A DNA stretch of 64,000 nucleotides from Geopsychrobacteraceae bacterium (lineage in GTDB: Bacteria > Desulfobacterota > Desulfuromonadia > Desulfuromonadales > Geopsychrobacteraceae): NCBI GenBank assembly GCA_963662315.1, contig OY759353.1:1504001-1568000 (forward strand). Direction: 5' to 3'. The translations under genes were made by a program, and so were the position numbers. Under the pieces are notes generated by a model, which did no database searches, was not told the origin of the DNA, and saw nothing but the letters and a program-made list of their open reading frames with translations. This document shows positions 1 to 10,614 of the stretch, piece by piece. Every line of letters starts with the position of its first letter. Positions within the stretch are counted from its first letter, which is position 1.

Positions 1-485
1 TCAATGACGACCGGCCCGCCACGACCGGTCGTCGCGACATAATAGCCTTCGTGAATGGTCTGTTCCACCTCATCAGCGGACAACGGCATATAGGTCTGCT
101 TGCAAATTGGCATCATGACCCCGACGACATCGCTCTCCTGAAAAGCGTCGGTGGCGATAACCCCGGTTGCGACCTGGCCGGTGATAGCGATCATCGGTAC
201 CGAATCCATATGGGCATCAGCGATACCGGTAACCAGGTTCATGGCTCCGGGCCCGGAGGTCGACACACAGACCCCGACCTGAGGTTTGTCGGTAGAAAGA
301 GATGCACGACTTAGCCCCTGAGCCATAAAAGCCGAGCCCTGTTCATGACGCCCCATGACAAACTTGAACAGCCCCATCTTTTCCATTTCGTCAAAAAACG
401 GCATGATCGCACCACCAATATAGCCAAAAATATATTGGACCCCTTTGTCTTTCAACGCTTTTAGCAATAGTTGTTTTCCGGTCAT
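1..485 (-). CDS. ilvB: Acetolactate synthase large subunit (5' part; runs off the window edge)
   Basis: Manual translation from ATG at 485: MTGKQLLLKALKDKGVQYIFGYIGGAIMP...GRHEQGSAFMAQG...STSGPGAMNLVTGIADAHMDSVPMIAITGQV...TDAFQE...GPVVID; RBS GAGG upstream. Not in the ORF track because it has no stop inside the window. Confidence 0.9.
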   Translation of the reverse strand, partial: MTGKQLLLKALKDKGVQYIFGYIGGAIMPFFDEMEKMGLFKFVMGRHEQGSAFMAQGLSRASLSTDKPQVGVCVSTSGPGAMNLVTGIADAHMDSVPMIAITGQVATGVIATDAFQESDVVGVMMPICKQTYMPLSADEVEQTIHEGYYVATTGRGGPVVI

Positions 486-627
486 GTGCGTCCTCACAAT
501 GAAATAATCCAAGCATAAAACAGTTATGTTGAAGAATAATAACAGAATTAGTAATATTTTGTCGCTACCCTTCAAAGAAAAATTTAATATATTGTATTAT
601 ATGGATTATTAAAGAAAAAATATCTTT

Positions 628-2211
628 TTATTCTTGGCCGGAAAACATATCAAGATCATCAACAAGTTTCTCTTCAATTGCACTGGCAAGGACTTTCAGA
701 GGGGTCAGGGAAAGAAATCGCAAGCCTCCATCACGGCTATTTTCGATTATGGATACCGGCCCCTTACGGACCATCTGAATCTTTTCATGACTCCTGCCAA
801 GAATCAAAGAAACGCCTTCCATCACTTTACTATGGACATTAATTTTCGCGTTACGGCAGGCAAATTCCTGATAATGAGACGCCGATATTTCAGCACTGAG
901 GTGCTCTTTTTCTGCAACCAGACTGTCAAACTGGTCATTCAGGATGTCGAGCCGTTTTTCGGCCAGTTTTGCGTAAGCAACATTCCGGGCAATCGAACTG
1001 CGCGTTTTATTGATGGCATCAGTAACCCTGGCCAGATGATCGGCGACATGCTGCTGACGTTTGAGAAGATAATCAAAACGATCGCTATCTGGAAAATAGA
1101 TCCCGGCAATCACGGTTGTCGGCACACCGGATTCGCTGCCGATCACTTTGGCCTCGATCCCCTCGAGTGTGACACATTTTCCCCCCAGCAGGACCCCACC
1201 AATAAGAGCAGTGCCGGTTGATTTTATCAGGCAGTTGCGCACCTCGTTAGCGACCAAGACATTGCCATAACTGATAACATTGACCTGATTGAGAAATTTA
1301 GCTTTTAGATCACCCCGGCAAATGATGGTACCGACACCTTTTCCGGCCATACTGGCGAGGTCAATAGACGCGTCTGATTCGATCAGGCTGGCACCAACAT
1401 GACCATGAATTTTGATACCTTTTGTCGAAACGACCCGAAAATCATCAGGAACATCCCCTTTAATTTCGACAAACCCATCAAATTGTATATTCCCGATACT
1501 CAGATCAAGATCGCCGCCAATCATCCAGTGATCGACAACCGCGAGGGAGTCTTTTTCAAACACCACCTTCCCCGCTTTTTCCGCAAAAGCGACCCGATCA
1601 CCATATTTGAGGATAACCCCTTCTATATTCTTAAGGGAATAAGGATCCCCCGCAGCAGCAGGAATTGGCACCCCTTGCACATTCATACCCGGAATCCCAT
1701 GACCTGGAGGATGGATCATTCCCAGTTTTTGGCCGACCTCGATTTCACTGAACAGATTGAGTTTTTTATGATCTACCGCCCCTTTTTCGTCAGCAACCAG
1801 AGAAATTCCTTCACTTCCGGTCTTTACCATCAGCTCAAACCAGCCGTTTTCCCCTTTAACTGGAGGTATGCCACGCGCAACAATTGCCGGACCCAAAGTT
1901 GTCCCCAGCTCGATATCACCACAAAAATCATAGACAGCGGCGTAGTCTATGGTACTGAGAATATTAATGGTTGCGAGTTGCCAAAGAAGATCAGGCACTG
2001 AAAGATGTGGACGTGACGAACGGCCTGGATCGGCAGATGAAGAAAGAGAAGCCGTACCGTTATCGGCAGCACCGGGTAAAGCTTCAATGGTTGCCAGACA
2101 AACCATATCCTCCTGTGCCAGCGACAGAGTCAGACGACAGCCGCCAAGATCTTCACGCAACAATACCCGCTCCCCGATTGTCGCTGGATTATCAGTATGA
2201 TGTTCCGCCAT
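628..2211 (-). CDS. FapA / DUF342 family protein
   Basis: GxPPxxGxNG, GNIxFDGxVxIxGDV and beta-helix-like repeats, a C-terminal coiled coil and KINVHSKVMEGV, all typical of DUF342. Confidence 0.8.
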   Translation of the reverse strand: MAEHHTDNPATIGERVLLREDLGGCRLTLSLAQEDMVCLATIEALPGAADNGTASLSSSADPGRSSRPHLSVPDLLWQLATINILSTIDYAAVYDFCGDIELGTTLGPAIVARGIPPVKGENGWFELMVKTGSEGISLVADEKGAVDHKKLNLFSEIEVGQKLGMIHPPGHGIPGMNVQGVPIPAAAGDPYSLKNIEGVILKYGDRVAFAEKAGKVVFEKDSLAVVDHWMIGGDLDLSIGNIQFDGFVEIKGDVPDDFRVVSTKGIKIHGHVGASLIESDASIDLASMAGKGVGTIICRGDLKAKFLNQVNVISYGNVLVANEVRNCLIKSTGTALIGGVLLGGKCVTLEGIEAKVIGSESGVPTTVIAGIYFPDSDRFDYLLKRQQHVADHLARVTDAINKTRSSIARNVAYAKLAEKRLDILNDQFDSLVAEKEHLSAEISASHYQEFACRNAKINVHSKVMEGVSLILGRSHEKIQMVRKGPVSIIENSRDGGLRFLSLTPLKVLASAIEEKLVDDLDMFSGQE

Positions 2212-2232
2212 ATCAGCAACTCGTCATTGAAG

Positions 2233-5200
2233 TCAGCAAGCATATATGGTCAAGTTCCGGTTCGCTTCAAGTAATTCACGCATGTCCTGTGCCGAAAGAG
2301 GTCTGCTGAACAGATAGCCCTGAGCCTCGTGGCAGCCGTGCGCTTCCAGGTATTCATGCTGTTCCGGTGTCTCTACCCCCTCTGCCGTTATCTGCAGATT
2401 GAGGCTACGTCCCATAGCGATAACCGCACGGGTAATCGCCTCCCCTTCCATTTCCGTACCGATATCATGAACAAAAGTCTGATCAATTTTAAGACGACTG
2501 ATCGGTAGCCGTTTGAGATAACTCAATGATGAATGACCGGTTCCGAAATCGTCAATAGACAACTCAACACCCAGATTGCGGATACTCTGCAAGACCGCAA
2601 TCGACTGTTCGGGGTGCTGCATGACAAAACTTTCAGTTATTTCCAACTCCAACGAACCAGACGGCAAACCAGTTTCATACAACACCTTTTCGACCTGTTT
2701 ATGAAGATCCTTTAACTGAATCTGTTTTCCCGACAGATTAACGGCAATACGTTTCACCCCCAGACCTTGCTGACGCCATGCCATCAACTGTTGACAGGCG
2801 GTTTTCAGAACCCACTCCCCGATAGGTATAATCTGGCCGGTCTCTTCACTTAAGGGGATAAATTTCCCCGGCGCAACCATCCCGAGTTCAGGATGTTCCC
2901 AGCGTAACAAGGCTTCAACCGCAACCACGCGACCAGAGTGCAGTTCTACCTGGGGCTGGTAGTTGAGAAACAGTTCACCACGTTCCAAAGCTTTACGCAG
3001 ATGACTTTCCATCAGCACTTTCTCAACCGCAACTTCTGTCAGCTCCGGACTATAAACGTGATACTGATTCTTGCCACTCTCCTTCGCTTTATACATGGCC
3101 GCATCGGCATTTTTCAGTAGGCTTTCCATGCTTGTTTCTGCGCTTCCGTCAAATTCGGCAATCCCCAAGCTACCACTGACCATCAAATCGTAACCTTCAA
3201 CCTTAAACGGCTGCTGCAGACTTTCAATAATCTGGTTTGCCCGAGTAATGGCGTCATCAACCGTCTTGGTTTTATGCAGCACCGTGACAAACTCATCACC
3301 ACTTAAATGAGCAACCGTATCAACCTGCCTGGCACCAACCATCAAGCGCTGGGCGACAGTCTTAAGCACCTTGTCACCGGCATCATGGCCAAGGCTATCG
3401 TTAATTTTTTTGAAATTATCCAGATCGATATAAATGACAGCCCCGCCTGTTCCTTCGCGCTTGGCATTTTGCAATGAGTGCTCCAGACGCGCTTGCAGCA
3501 AACGGCGGTTGGGCAACCCGGTCAGGGGATTGTGATGGGCCAGATATTCAAGTTCTTCTGATGTTTTTTTTATGGAACTGATATCGGAAAAAACCGCGAC
3601 ATAGTTCAACTGGTCCGCATCGTCAGTGATGGTGTTGATGGTCAGAAGTTCCGGGTAAACCTCACCGTTTTTACGCCGATTCCAGATCTCGCCACGCCAA
3701 TGTCCGACATTTAGTAACGTGGCCCATAACTGCTGGTAAAAAGTATCATCATGGCGGCCAGATTTGAGGATATTGACCTTGCAACCAATAGCTTCGGCTT
3801 CAGAATATCCTGTAATGTTGGAAAACGCGGGATTGACAGCATGAATAATTCCTTCGCTGTCGGTGACAAGAATCCCTTCGGTTATACTTTCAAGGACTTT
3901 GCCGGACAACCTTAAGCGAGCATCCTGAAGGTTCTTCTCCGTAATGTCGCGCCCCCGGACAACAAACCCGGTAACCTCTTCACCATTCAGATACGGGTAA
4001 ACAGACAGTTCGATAAAACGCCGTCCACGGGCCGGATATTCGATCCATTCAGTCGTAACCACCGACTGTTTCAAAGTAAACACCATATCCTTGTATTTTA
4101 AATAATCACAATAACGGTCAAGCCCGATCACGTCACTGGCATGACGCCCGATAAGCTTCGCTTCGGTCTCGCCGAGATAGCGTGAATATTCAGCATTGAC
4201 CGCCAGATAGCGACAATCGGCATCAAAAAAAGCTACCAGGTCACGGGAGGTAGCGACAATCTGCTCATAGCGCTTTAGCTTTTCAATATACTGTTCCCGC
4301 TCACTGACATCGAGAGTCACAATGGTACAGGCGGTAACCAGACCATCTGAATCCGTAATCGGGTGAAACTTTAATTCGAAAATACGGCCACGGGAACCCT
4401 GCTTCAGGCTCTCTACCGTCTTACCTTCCCGGAACACCTGACTGATCACATTCTGATCGCAAACAATGCCATGGTGTTGAAATAGTTCCAAGCAGTTGGC
4501 CCCGAAATAATCTTTATCATACAGAAGGTAGCAATCCCGCGCGGCCTGATTCAGCATCAGAATCTGCTGTTTGCTATCAACCAGAATCAAAGAGATATCT
4601 AAACTGTCGGTCAGGGCCCGAAAGCGTCGTTCACTGTCCTGCAGCTTGACACGGTAGGACACCTGCGCGGTGACATCTTCCATCAGGTGCATTCCGTACA
4701 GATAATCTCCGGCCTGATTCCGCACGGCAAACGACTGGGAACGATAAGTCCGATCATCAACCTGAAGGTTTGTCTCATGCGTGCGTTCCTTTTCCAGGGA
4801 CAAAAGGGGTGTACATAAGCAACCCGGCATCGGCATATTCCGCCGCGGAAACAAAGACCAGTACTTCTGGCCAACAGCAGTATCAAGAGAAACCCCGGCA
4901 AGCGTCAGGTAAGTCTTATTGGCTTTAAGAATCCGCCCCTTTCTGTCGTGAATGAACAGAGGAGAATTTATGGCATCAAAAGCATCACCCCACTGTCTTT
5001 CGGAAATCAGCAATTCTGCAGTCCGTTCCTTAACCTGCTCTTCCAGGGTTTCGTTTAACGCCAGTATTTCACTGTGACTCTGATAAAGATTCTCCTTGGT
5101 TTCCTGTAGTTGGACAATGCTCTTCTCCAGCTTACATTGCGAGGAACGAACCTGGCTTAAGACCAGGATAATAAAACCACAAATAATGATAAAAACAACA

Positions 5201-5904
5201 ACGGTCGAAATGATATCCCGTTTCTGACTAGCCGCCCTGACCTGGTGAGTAGATTGGGTGAGTTGGATCAGGGTTTCGTCAGCCAGGGACACCACCAGCT
5301 GTGCCTGCTCACGCATCTGGAACAGTTTATGGCTCACCTCTGTGGCAAAAAAACGTAGATTAAGACCAGCCTGGCGCAAACCTTCAGTCTGCCCATTGTT
5401 CAACGCGTTATTGCGGTGTTGAGTCAGATTCAGCGTGCTGTGAACCTGGGTTTGCATATCGTAGAGCAGCTTTTTTAAAGGCTTAAATTGGGCAGAGAAT
5501 TGGTTTTTTATATCAGGTTGGTAGGTGATGATAAGCGTACCGGTCAATTGAGTCTGCCCATCAGACGACACACTGATCGATCCGCCATGGCTCAGAACAT
5601 CGGCGGTCGCCGTAATATCCTTGACCAGCGCGTCAATCTCTTCAAGCAACACCTGCGGTTTTTCCGCATCCACAGCAATCAGCATCCTGTAAAAATTGGT
5701 GGATATCCTACCCAGGTTATTGACAATCAACTGGCCAAGCTCTTTTCCGTGAGTGGCATTTTCGATTCTCTGATCAAGAAACTGTTCCGTGTCATTCAAG
5801 CGTTGCTGATTGTCCAATAACAATAAGAAACCTGCGAAAACAACAACAACAATTAAAACTAAAGGCAATACGCCACGTAAATAATATCGAGAATCAGGGC
5901 TCAA
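2233..5904 (-). CDS. Membrane-anchored multi-PAS GGDEF-EAL protein (c-di-GMP turnover, probably a phosphodiesterase)
   Basis: Two TM segments, about 4 PAS domains, GGDEF domain with SGDEF, and an EAL domain with EAL, ELEITE, DDFGTGHSSL, KID, EGVE and QG. TTG start. Confidence 0.9.
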   Translation of the reverse strand: MSPDSRYYLRGVLPLVLIVVVVFAGFLLLLDNQQRLNDTEQFLDQRIENATHGKELGQLIVNNLGRISTNFYRMLIAVDAEKPQVLLEEIDALVKDITATADVLSHGGSISVSSDGQTQLTGTLIITYQPDIKNQFSAQFKPLKKLLYDMQTQVHSTLNLTQHRNNALNNGQTEGLRQAGLNLRFFATEVSHKLFQMREQAQLVVSLADETLIQLTQSTHQVRAASQKRDIISTVVVFIIICGFIILVLSQVRSSQCKLEKSIVQLQETKENLYQSHSEILALNETLEEQVKERTAELLISERQWGDAFDAINSPLFIHDRKGRILKANKTYLTLAGVSLDTAVGQKYWSLFPRRNMPMPGCLCTPLLSLEKERTHETNLQVDDRTYRSQSFAVRNQAGDYLYGMHLMEDVTAQVSYRVKLQDSERRFRALTDSLDISLILVDSKQQILMLNQAARDCYLLYDKDYFGANCLELFQHHGIVCDQNVISQVFREGKTVESLKQGSRGRIFELKFHPITDSDGLVTACTIVTLDVSEREQYIEKLKRYEQIVATSRDLVAFFDADCRYLAVNAEYSRYLGETEAKLIGRHASDVIGLDRYCDYLKYKDMVFTLKQSVVTTEWIEYPARGRRFIELSVYPYLNGEEVTGFVVRGRDITEKNLQDARLRLSGKVLESITEGILVTDSEGIIHAVNPAFSNITGYSEAEAIGCKVNILKSGRHDDTFYQQLWATLLNVGHWRGEIWNRRKNGEVYPELLTINTITDDADQLNYVAVFSDISSIKKTSEELEYLAHHNPLTGLPNRRLLQARLEHSLQNAKREGTGGAVIYIDLDNFKKINDSLGHDAGDKVLKTVAQRLMVGARQVDTVAHLSGDEFVTVLHKTKTVDDAITRANQIIESLQQPFKVEGYDLMVSGSLGIAEFDGSAETSMESLLKNADAAMYKAKESGKNQYHVYSPELTEVAVEKVLMESHLRKALERGELFLNYQPQVELHSGRVVAVEALLRWEHPELGMVAPGKFIPLSEETGQIIPIGEWVLKTACQQLMAWRQQGLGVKRIAVNLSGKQIQLKDLHKQVEKVLYETGLPSGSLELEITESFVMQHPEQSIAVLQSIRNLGVELSIDDFGTGHSSLSYLKRLPISRLKIDQTFVHDIGTEMEGEAITRAVIAMGRSLNLQITAEGVETPEQHEYLEAHGCHEAQGYLFSRPLSAQDMRELLEANRNLTIYAC

Positions 5905-6223
5905 AAATAAATCTCCGATATGCGCAGAACAAAATGAGCTTTGGTGAAAATACCTGAAAGGCCAAAAAAAATGGAACCGGGGCAGGCAACATAAGCCCGT
6001 TGCTAATAACTACTCATCCCCCAAAAGTAGCTAATGTCAATAGTCTACATTATCTTTGGTGATGTTCAAGAAAGCTGAGCAAGGTATCTGGGCATCATTT
6101 AACCACCAACTAAGAGCCATGGTTCTTTCTGCTCCGTTCTGCGCGGCAGGTCCCTGGATAAACAGAGGAGTTCAATCGTGCTCCATCCAGCCAAAAAGCT
6201 TTTCCTTTTGATTTTGCACAAAT

Positions 6224-6267
6224 AAAAAAACGCAGGACAAGCAGCTATTGTTAACTGCCCTGCGTTT
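6224..6267 (-). terminator. Intrinsic terminator after the sigma54 regulator
   Basis: AACGCAGG...CCTGCGTT stem followed by a T7 run on the minus strand. Confidence 0.65.
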
Positions 6268-6303
6268 CAATTGAGCGCACTCTGTGTTTAAGCCTTTAAA
6301 CAG

Positions 6304-7725
6304 TCAGTCCTCGTCTCGGCTTTTCTTGAGTCGTTTACTCAGCGCCTGAGGGGTAACACCCAGCAGCTGCGAGGCCAAAGATTGATTTCCATTGGTCCTG
6401 GCCAGTGCTTCCTCAACCAGCAGCTGACTCATTTGTTTTAACGTTGGCAATGCTGCGGGAAAGTAAACGTGATCCTTGTCATTATCGCTGGCAGGGGTTT
6501 GCATTGATACTGATCCAATAGCACTGCGGAACCGGTTAAGGGACAAGACCCCCTTTTCGTGCAGACTGACGGCATCGTGAATCATTGCGCGCATCTCGCG
6601 GACATTCCCCGGAAAATGGTAGGATTCGAACAAGATTAACAGTTCCTGAGGATAGGAGGGTTTGTTCTTCCCCAGTTTTGCCGACACTTCTGCCAGAAAA
6701 TAATCAAGCAGCAGTGGCAGGTCGTCCTTGCGTTCTTTTAATGACGGCATTTCGACCCGGTGAGAACAGAGGCGATACAGCAGATCCCGGCGAAAAGTCC
6801 CTTCCGCTTCTTTTTTATGCAGATTCTGATTGGTCGCGACAACAATGCGGGCCTTGCAGACCTTGGGCTGGTCACTTCCCAGAGGATAATAATCCCCTTC
6901 CTGCAACAGCCGTAACAATTTCACCTGAGAAGGCATGGACAAATCCCCGATTTCATCAAGAAACAGTATCCCACCATTGGCCTTCTCAATCATCCCCGAG
7001 CGGCTCTGATCAGCACCGGTAAATGCGCCCCTGGTATGCCCGAATAACGTATCGCTGAAAACCATATCATCAAGACCGGCAACGTTTACGGCGACCCATG
7101 GTTTTTCCGGGCAAATCAGGTCGTGCATCGCTTTGGCGATGAGTTCTTTACCGGTCCCGCTTTCGCCGGTAATCAGCAGCGGTTCATCACTGGGGGTAAT
7201 AGCCAGCAGATATTTGAAAATACTACGCATCTTAGCATTATGAGTAACGATGTTCATAAACGCCGGATGATCAACATGGGCGGAATGGAGCAATGTTTCT
7301 TTCAGTTTAAGGTTTTCCCGCTTCACTTCTGCCTGCCGCAGAGAGCGCAGAATACCAGAGACAACCCGCTCTCGCTCATCCGTTTTGACATAAAAATCTT
7401 CGGCACCGGCTTTGACGCAGCGGATGGCCGTATTGAGCTGATTCATGCCACTGATGATAATGACTGGTAAGGCCGGGTAGCTTTCCTTGATCATTTCCAG
7501 CAAAGTCTCACCATTGATATACGGCATGGTCAAATCCAGCAGAACCAGGCTGTAAGATTTGTCGGAAAGCATGCTCATCGCCTTGCGGCTATCACGACAT
7601 GATTCAACATGATTGATACCCGCTGAAATCTTAAGGGATAACGACAAACTGTGAGCCCATGCAGGTTCATCATCAATAATCAATACAGGGTTTTCAGGGT
7701 AAAGGTTATCCATAAAATTATTCAT
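6304..7725 (-). CDS. NtrC-family sigma54-dependent response regulator
   Basis: REC (LLDLTMP), GESGTGKE, GAFTGA, FLDE, FPGNVRE and Fis HTH. Start placed at ATG 7725, overlapping the kinase stop (7713 is an alternative). Confidence 0.9.
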   Translation of the reverse strand: MNNFMDNLYPENPVLIIDDEPAWAHSLSLSLKISAGINHVESCRDSRKAMSMLSDKSYSLVLLDLTMPYINGETLLEMIKESYPALPVIIISGMNQLNTAIRCVKAGAEDFYVKTDERERVVSGILRSLRQAEVKRENLKLKETLLHSAHVDHPAFMNIVTHNAKMRSIFKYLLAITPSDEPLLITGESGTGKELIAKAMHDLICPEKPWVAVNVAGLDDMVFSDTLFGHTRGAFTGADQSRSGMIEKANGGILFLDEIGDLSMPSQVKLLRLLQEGDYYPLGSDQPKVCKARIVVATNQNLHKKEAEGTFRRDLLYRLCSHRVEMPSLKERKDDLPLLLDYFLAEVSAKLGKNKPSYPQELLILFESYHFPGNVREMRAMIHDAVSLHEKGVLSLNRFRSAIGSVSMQTPASDNDKDHVYFPAALPTLKQMSQLLVEEALARTNGNQSLASQLLGVTPQALSKRLKKSRDED

Positions 7726-10471
7726 CCTTCTCCCGACAGACAGGCAGCTCAACCCGGAAGGTTGTCCCTTTTCCGACCGTTGACTTAAAACAGATCTGGC
7801 CACTATGCTCTTTTATGATACGCGATGACACAGACAGACCCAGCCCAGTGCCGCCTTGCTCACGACGCGTGGTAACGAACGGTTCGAGAATCTGAGACTG
7901 GATATTCTCTGGAATCCCCCGGCCTCCATCGCGTACGGAAAAAATAACATGGTCGTTTTCTTTATCATAACAGGTTGACACGCGAATTTCCTGACTTCTG
8001 TCGGACAACGCCTGACAGGCATTTAACAGCAGATTAACAATAACCTGTTCAAGGCGGCCTTTAATCCCCATAATCGCAGGCACAGATTCGGCCAACTCAA
8101 CACTGAAAAAATCGGTCGCTTTTTTCAGAGAATTTTCAACCAGGCGAATCGACATCCGTACAATGTCATTAAGATCAAGTTCGACATCATTCTCCCGCCC
8201 GTCCTGACGCGAGAAATCCCCCAAGTCTTTAACAATCTGCTTGATGCGCAACGCCGCATCCGAGGCACAGTCGATCAGTGCTGGTATTTCTGCCAGAGCA
8301 CTTTCCAAAGGCATTTCCCCCAATTTCCGGCCGGCAAGAAGATCTTTGTTCTCATCAAACACCGCGACAAAGGAATCAAAAAATTCTTTTAAAAATTCAC
8401 AGTTATAAAGAATCAGAGCATTCGGATTATTGATTTCGTGAGCCACTCCAGCAGCAAGTTCGCCCAAAGCAGCCAAACGAGTGGCCCGGTTGGTGGTTAT
8501 CTGCAGCTGTTTGATCTCGGTCAAATCGCGTCCCCAGACAATCAACCCCTTGCGTGAACCATCCTCCTCGAAGACCGGCGTCTTAATGACATCAAAAATG
8601 CGCTCGCGCCCATCGGTATCGATAATCGACTCCTCGATGCGCAGTGTTGTTCCCGAAGCCCAGCATTGTTCATCACTTCTGCCACAGACAAGGAAACTGC
8701 TTGTCAGTTCGGCGGCACTCTGGCGGGCCAAATCGCTATCGGTCATTCCCAGGAAATCGACATTTTCGAGACGAAAAATTCTCAGAGCCGCCTGGTTAGC
8801 CAGAATCCACCCACCTTGACTGTTTTTAAAGATAATGAAATCGGGCGTCGTATTGATCAGGGTCGACAGTTGTTCCTCACGCTGCAGAATTTTCGCATTG
8901 GCCCGGTGCAATTCAGTCACGTCGCGGGCGTTCACAACAAAATACTCTGCTTGTCCCTGCTTACTGAGGACGGGGGCAGCCTGAACCAGAAAAGTGTGAC
9001 CAGGAATCATATCATGAACAACCGCTGATGCCTCTTCAAGGGTGTCAATCGTCACCGGTACCGGGCAATCCGGGCTGATCTGATCCTTGCCAAAAACCTG
9101 CTGAAATTCTTGTCCCAGCAAACTGCCTTCCTCGCGCCCCAAAAGACGGTAAACTGCTTTATTAGCCCTTAATATGCGCATATCACGGTTCAGTACCAGG
9201 ACCAGGTTTGACGTTGCATTAATGATCGTATCACGCTCTTCATAGCTGCGGATCATCTCAATTTCCGAGTTCTTCCTGGCGCTGATGTCCTGAACGACAC
9301 CAAGGATAAAACTGGGTTCGCCGTTGTCATCATATTGAAGCGCAGACAGAGAACTCATATATTTTGTTTCTCCTGCAGGAGTCTCAATTGATAATTCGAT
9401 ACCAACACTGCACTTATCAAGTCGTTCAAGATGCCGGGCCAGCATTACAGTAATCGCCCGTGCCACATCGGCAGAAAACCAGGGAAGAATCGACTCCATT
9501 GTCATTGGCCCGACGACAGGATCACGCCCCATCAAATAAAATAGCGAATCGGACCAGAAAACCTCTTTCGTTGCCAGGTTATATTCCCAGGAACCTATTT
9601 TTGCCAGATCCTGTACCAGCTTCAGACGCTTTTCACTGTTTTCAAGTTCGCGCCGCGACATCATCAGTTCGGTGATGTCACTGACAACTGTAACCATCCC
9701 TTTCAAAGGATTGGTTCGATCAAGTAAACTACCTCTGATCAGAACATCTATTAATGATCCATCTTTTTTTCTGAATCGAGCTGTTGTTGCCGCGATTTCG
9801 GCATCCTGCAGCTGAAAGTATAATTCCTGGCCAACTCGCTCATATTCTTCGTCAGACGGATAGACCATGCGCGAATTCTGCCCAAGCATTTCATCAGCGG
9901 AATAGCCATAGAGGTTAACCAGATCATTGACCCAAAGGAACTTGCGCTCAGCAATTATTGCCAGACCGATCGGTGCCGTTTTTAAAAAAACCTTAAAGCG
10001 GCTCTCAACGTCTTGCGCCACCTTTTGGGTCTCCATCAGTTCCAAAGATTTCTCCTGAAGACGATCCTGTAATAAGTCTCGATACAGCTTCAATTCAAGA
10101 TGTGTATTGACACGCTGTTTAACGATAGCTGGATCAATGGGTGCAGTAATATAATCCGCCGCTCCCAGCGCCAGACCGGTAGCTTCATCCTCACGGCTAT
10201 CCTTACCAGTCAGAAATATCACCGGTATCGACTGCAGTTCCGGATCGGATTTAATCTGTTTACAAACCTGGTAGCCATCAGTCCCAGGCATGACAATATT
10301 CAACAGAATCAGGTCCGGCTGCACCTTTTTCTGGGTCAATAATGATAATGCGTCGTCACCGTTTGCGGCAAAAAATAGATCATAACCACGTTGAAAGATT
10401 GCTTTCAGGATCCCAAGATTCGTAGCATTATCTTCAACAATGAGAAGAGCTCTGTGCTGCTGCTCTGGCAT
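7718..10471 (-). CDS. Cytoplasmic hybrid histidine kinase (REC-PAS x4-HisKA-HATPase)
   Basis: AHEINNP H-box, NLLLNA N-box, DGGRG, GTGLGL; N-terminal receiver-like domain. Confidence 0.9.
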   Translation of the reverse strand: MPEQQHRALLIVEDNATNLGILKAIFQRGYDLFFAANGDDALSLLTQKKVQPDLILLNIVMPGTDGYQVCKQIKSDPELQSIPVIFLTGKDSREDEATGLALGAADYITAPIDPAIVKQRVNTHLELKLYRDLLQDRLQEKSLELMETQKVAQDVESRFKVFLKTAPIGLAIIAERKFLWVNDLVNLYGYSADEMLGQNSRMVYPSDEEYERVGQELYFQLQDAEIAATTARFRKKDGSLIDVLIRGSLLDRTNPLKGMVTVVSDITELMMSRRELENSEKRLKLVQDLAKIGSWEYNLATKEVFWSDSLFYLMGRDPVVGPMTMESILPWFSADVARAITVMLARHLERLDKCSVGIELSIETPAGETKYMSSLSALQYDDNGEPSFILGVVQDISARKNSEIEMIRSYEERDTIINATSNLVLVLNRDMRILRANKAVYRLLGREEGSLLGQEFQQVFGKDQISPDCPVPVTIDTLEEASAVVHDMIPGHTFLVQAAPVLSKQGQAEYFVVNARDVTELHRANAKILQREEQLSTLINTTPDFIIFKNSQGGWILANQAALRIFRLENVDFLGMTDSDLARQSAAELTSSFLVCGRSDEQCWASGTTLRIEESIIDTDGRERIFDVIKTPVFEEDGSRKGLIVWGRDLTEIKQLQITTNRATRLAALGELAAGVAHEINNPNALILYNCEFLKEFFDSFVAVFDENKDLLAGRKLGEMPLESALAEIPALIDCASDAALRIKQIVKDLGDFSRQDGRENDVELDLNDIVRMSIRLVENSLKKATDFFSVELAESVPAIMGIKGRLEQVIVNLLLNACQALSDRSQEIRVSTCYDKENDHVIFSVRDGGRGIPENIQSQILEPFVTTRREQGGTGLGLSVSSRIIKEHSGQICFKSTVGKGTTFRVELPVCREKDE

Positions 10472-10614
10472 AGATGGACAACCCCCTTAGATTAAATTAT
10501 CCATATAATATACAACAATTCAGTCTTCTTAAAAGTCAAAAAACATATAAGCTCAACCTGACCTATCACTTTTCTAAATACCCGGCCAGAAAAGCCTGGG
10601 ACGACCATAATGAC

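Noticed and set aside
2233..5904. Possible Hypr-type (cGAMP-forming) GGDEF as found in Geobacter
   Set aside because: The guanine-specifying Asp in GHDAGD is retained, and no GEMM-type riboswitch was recognisable upstream.
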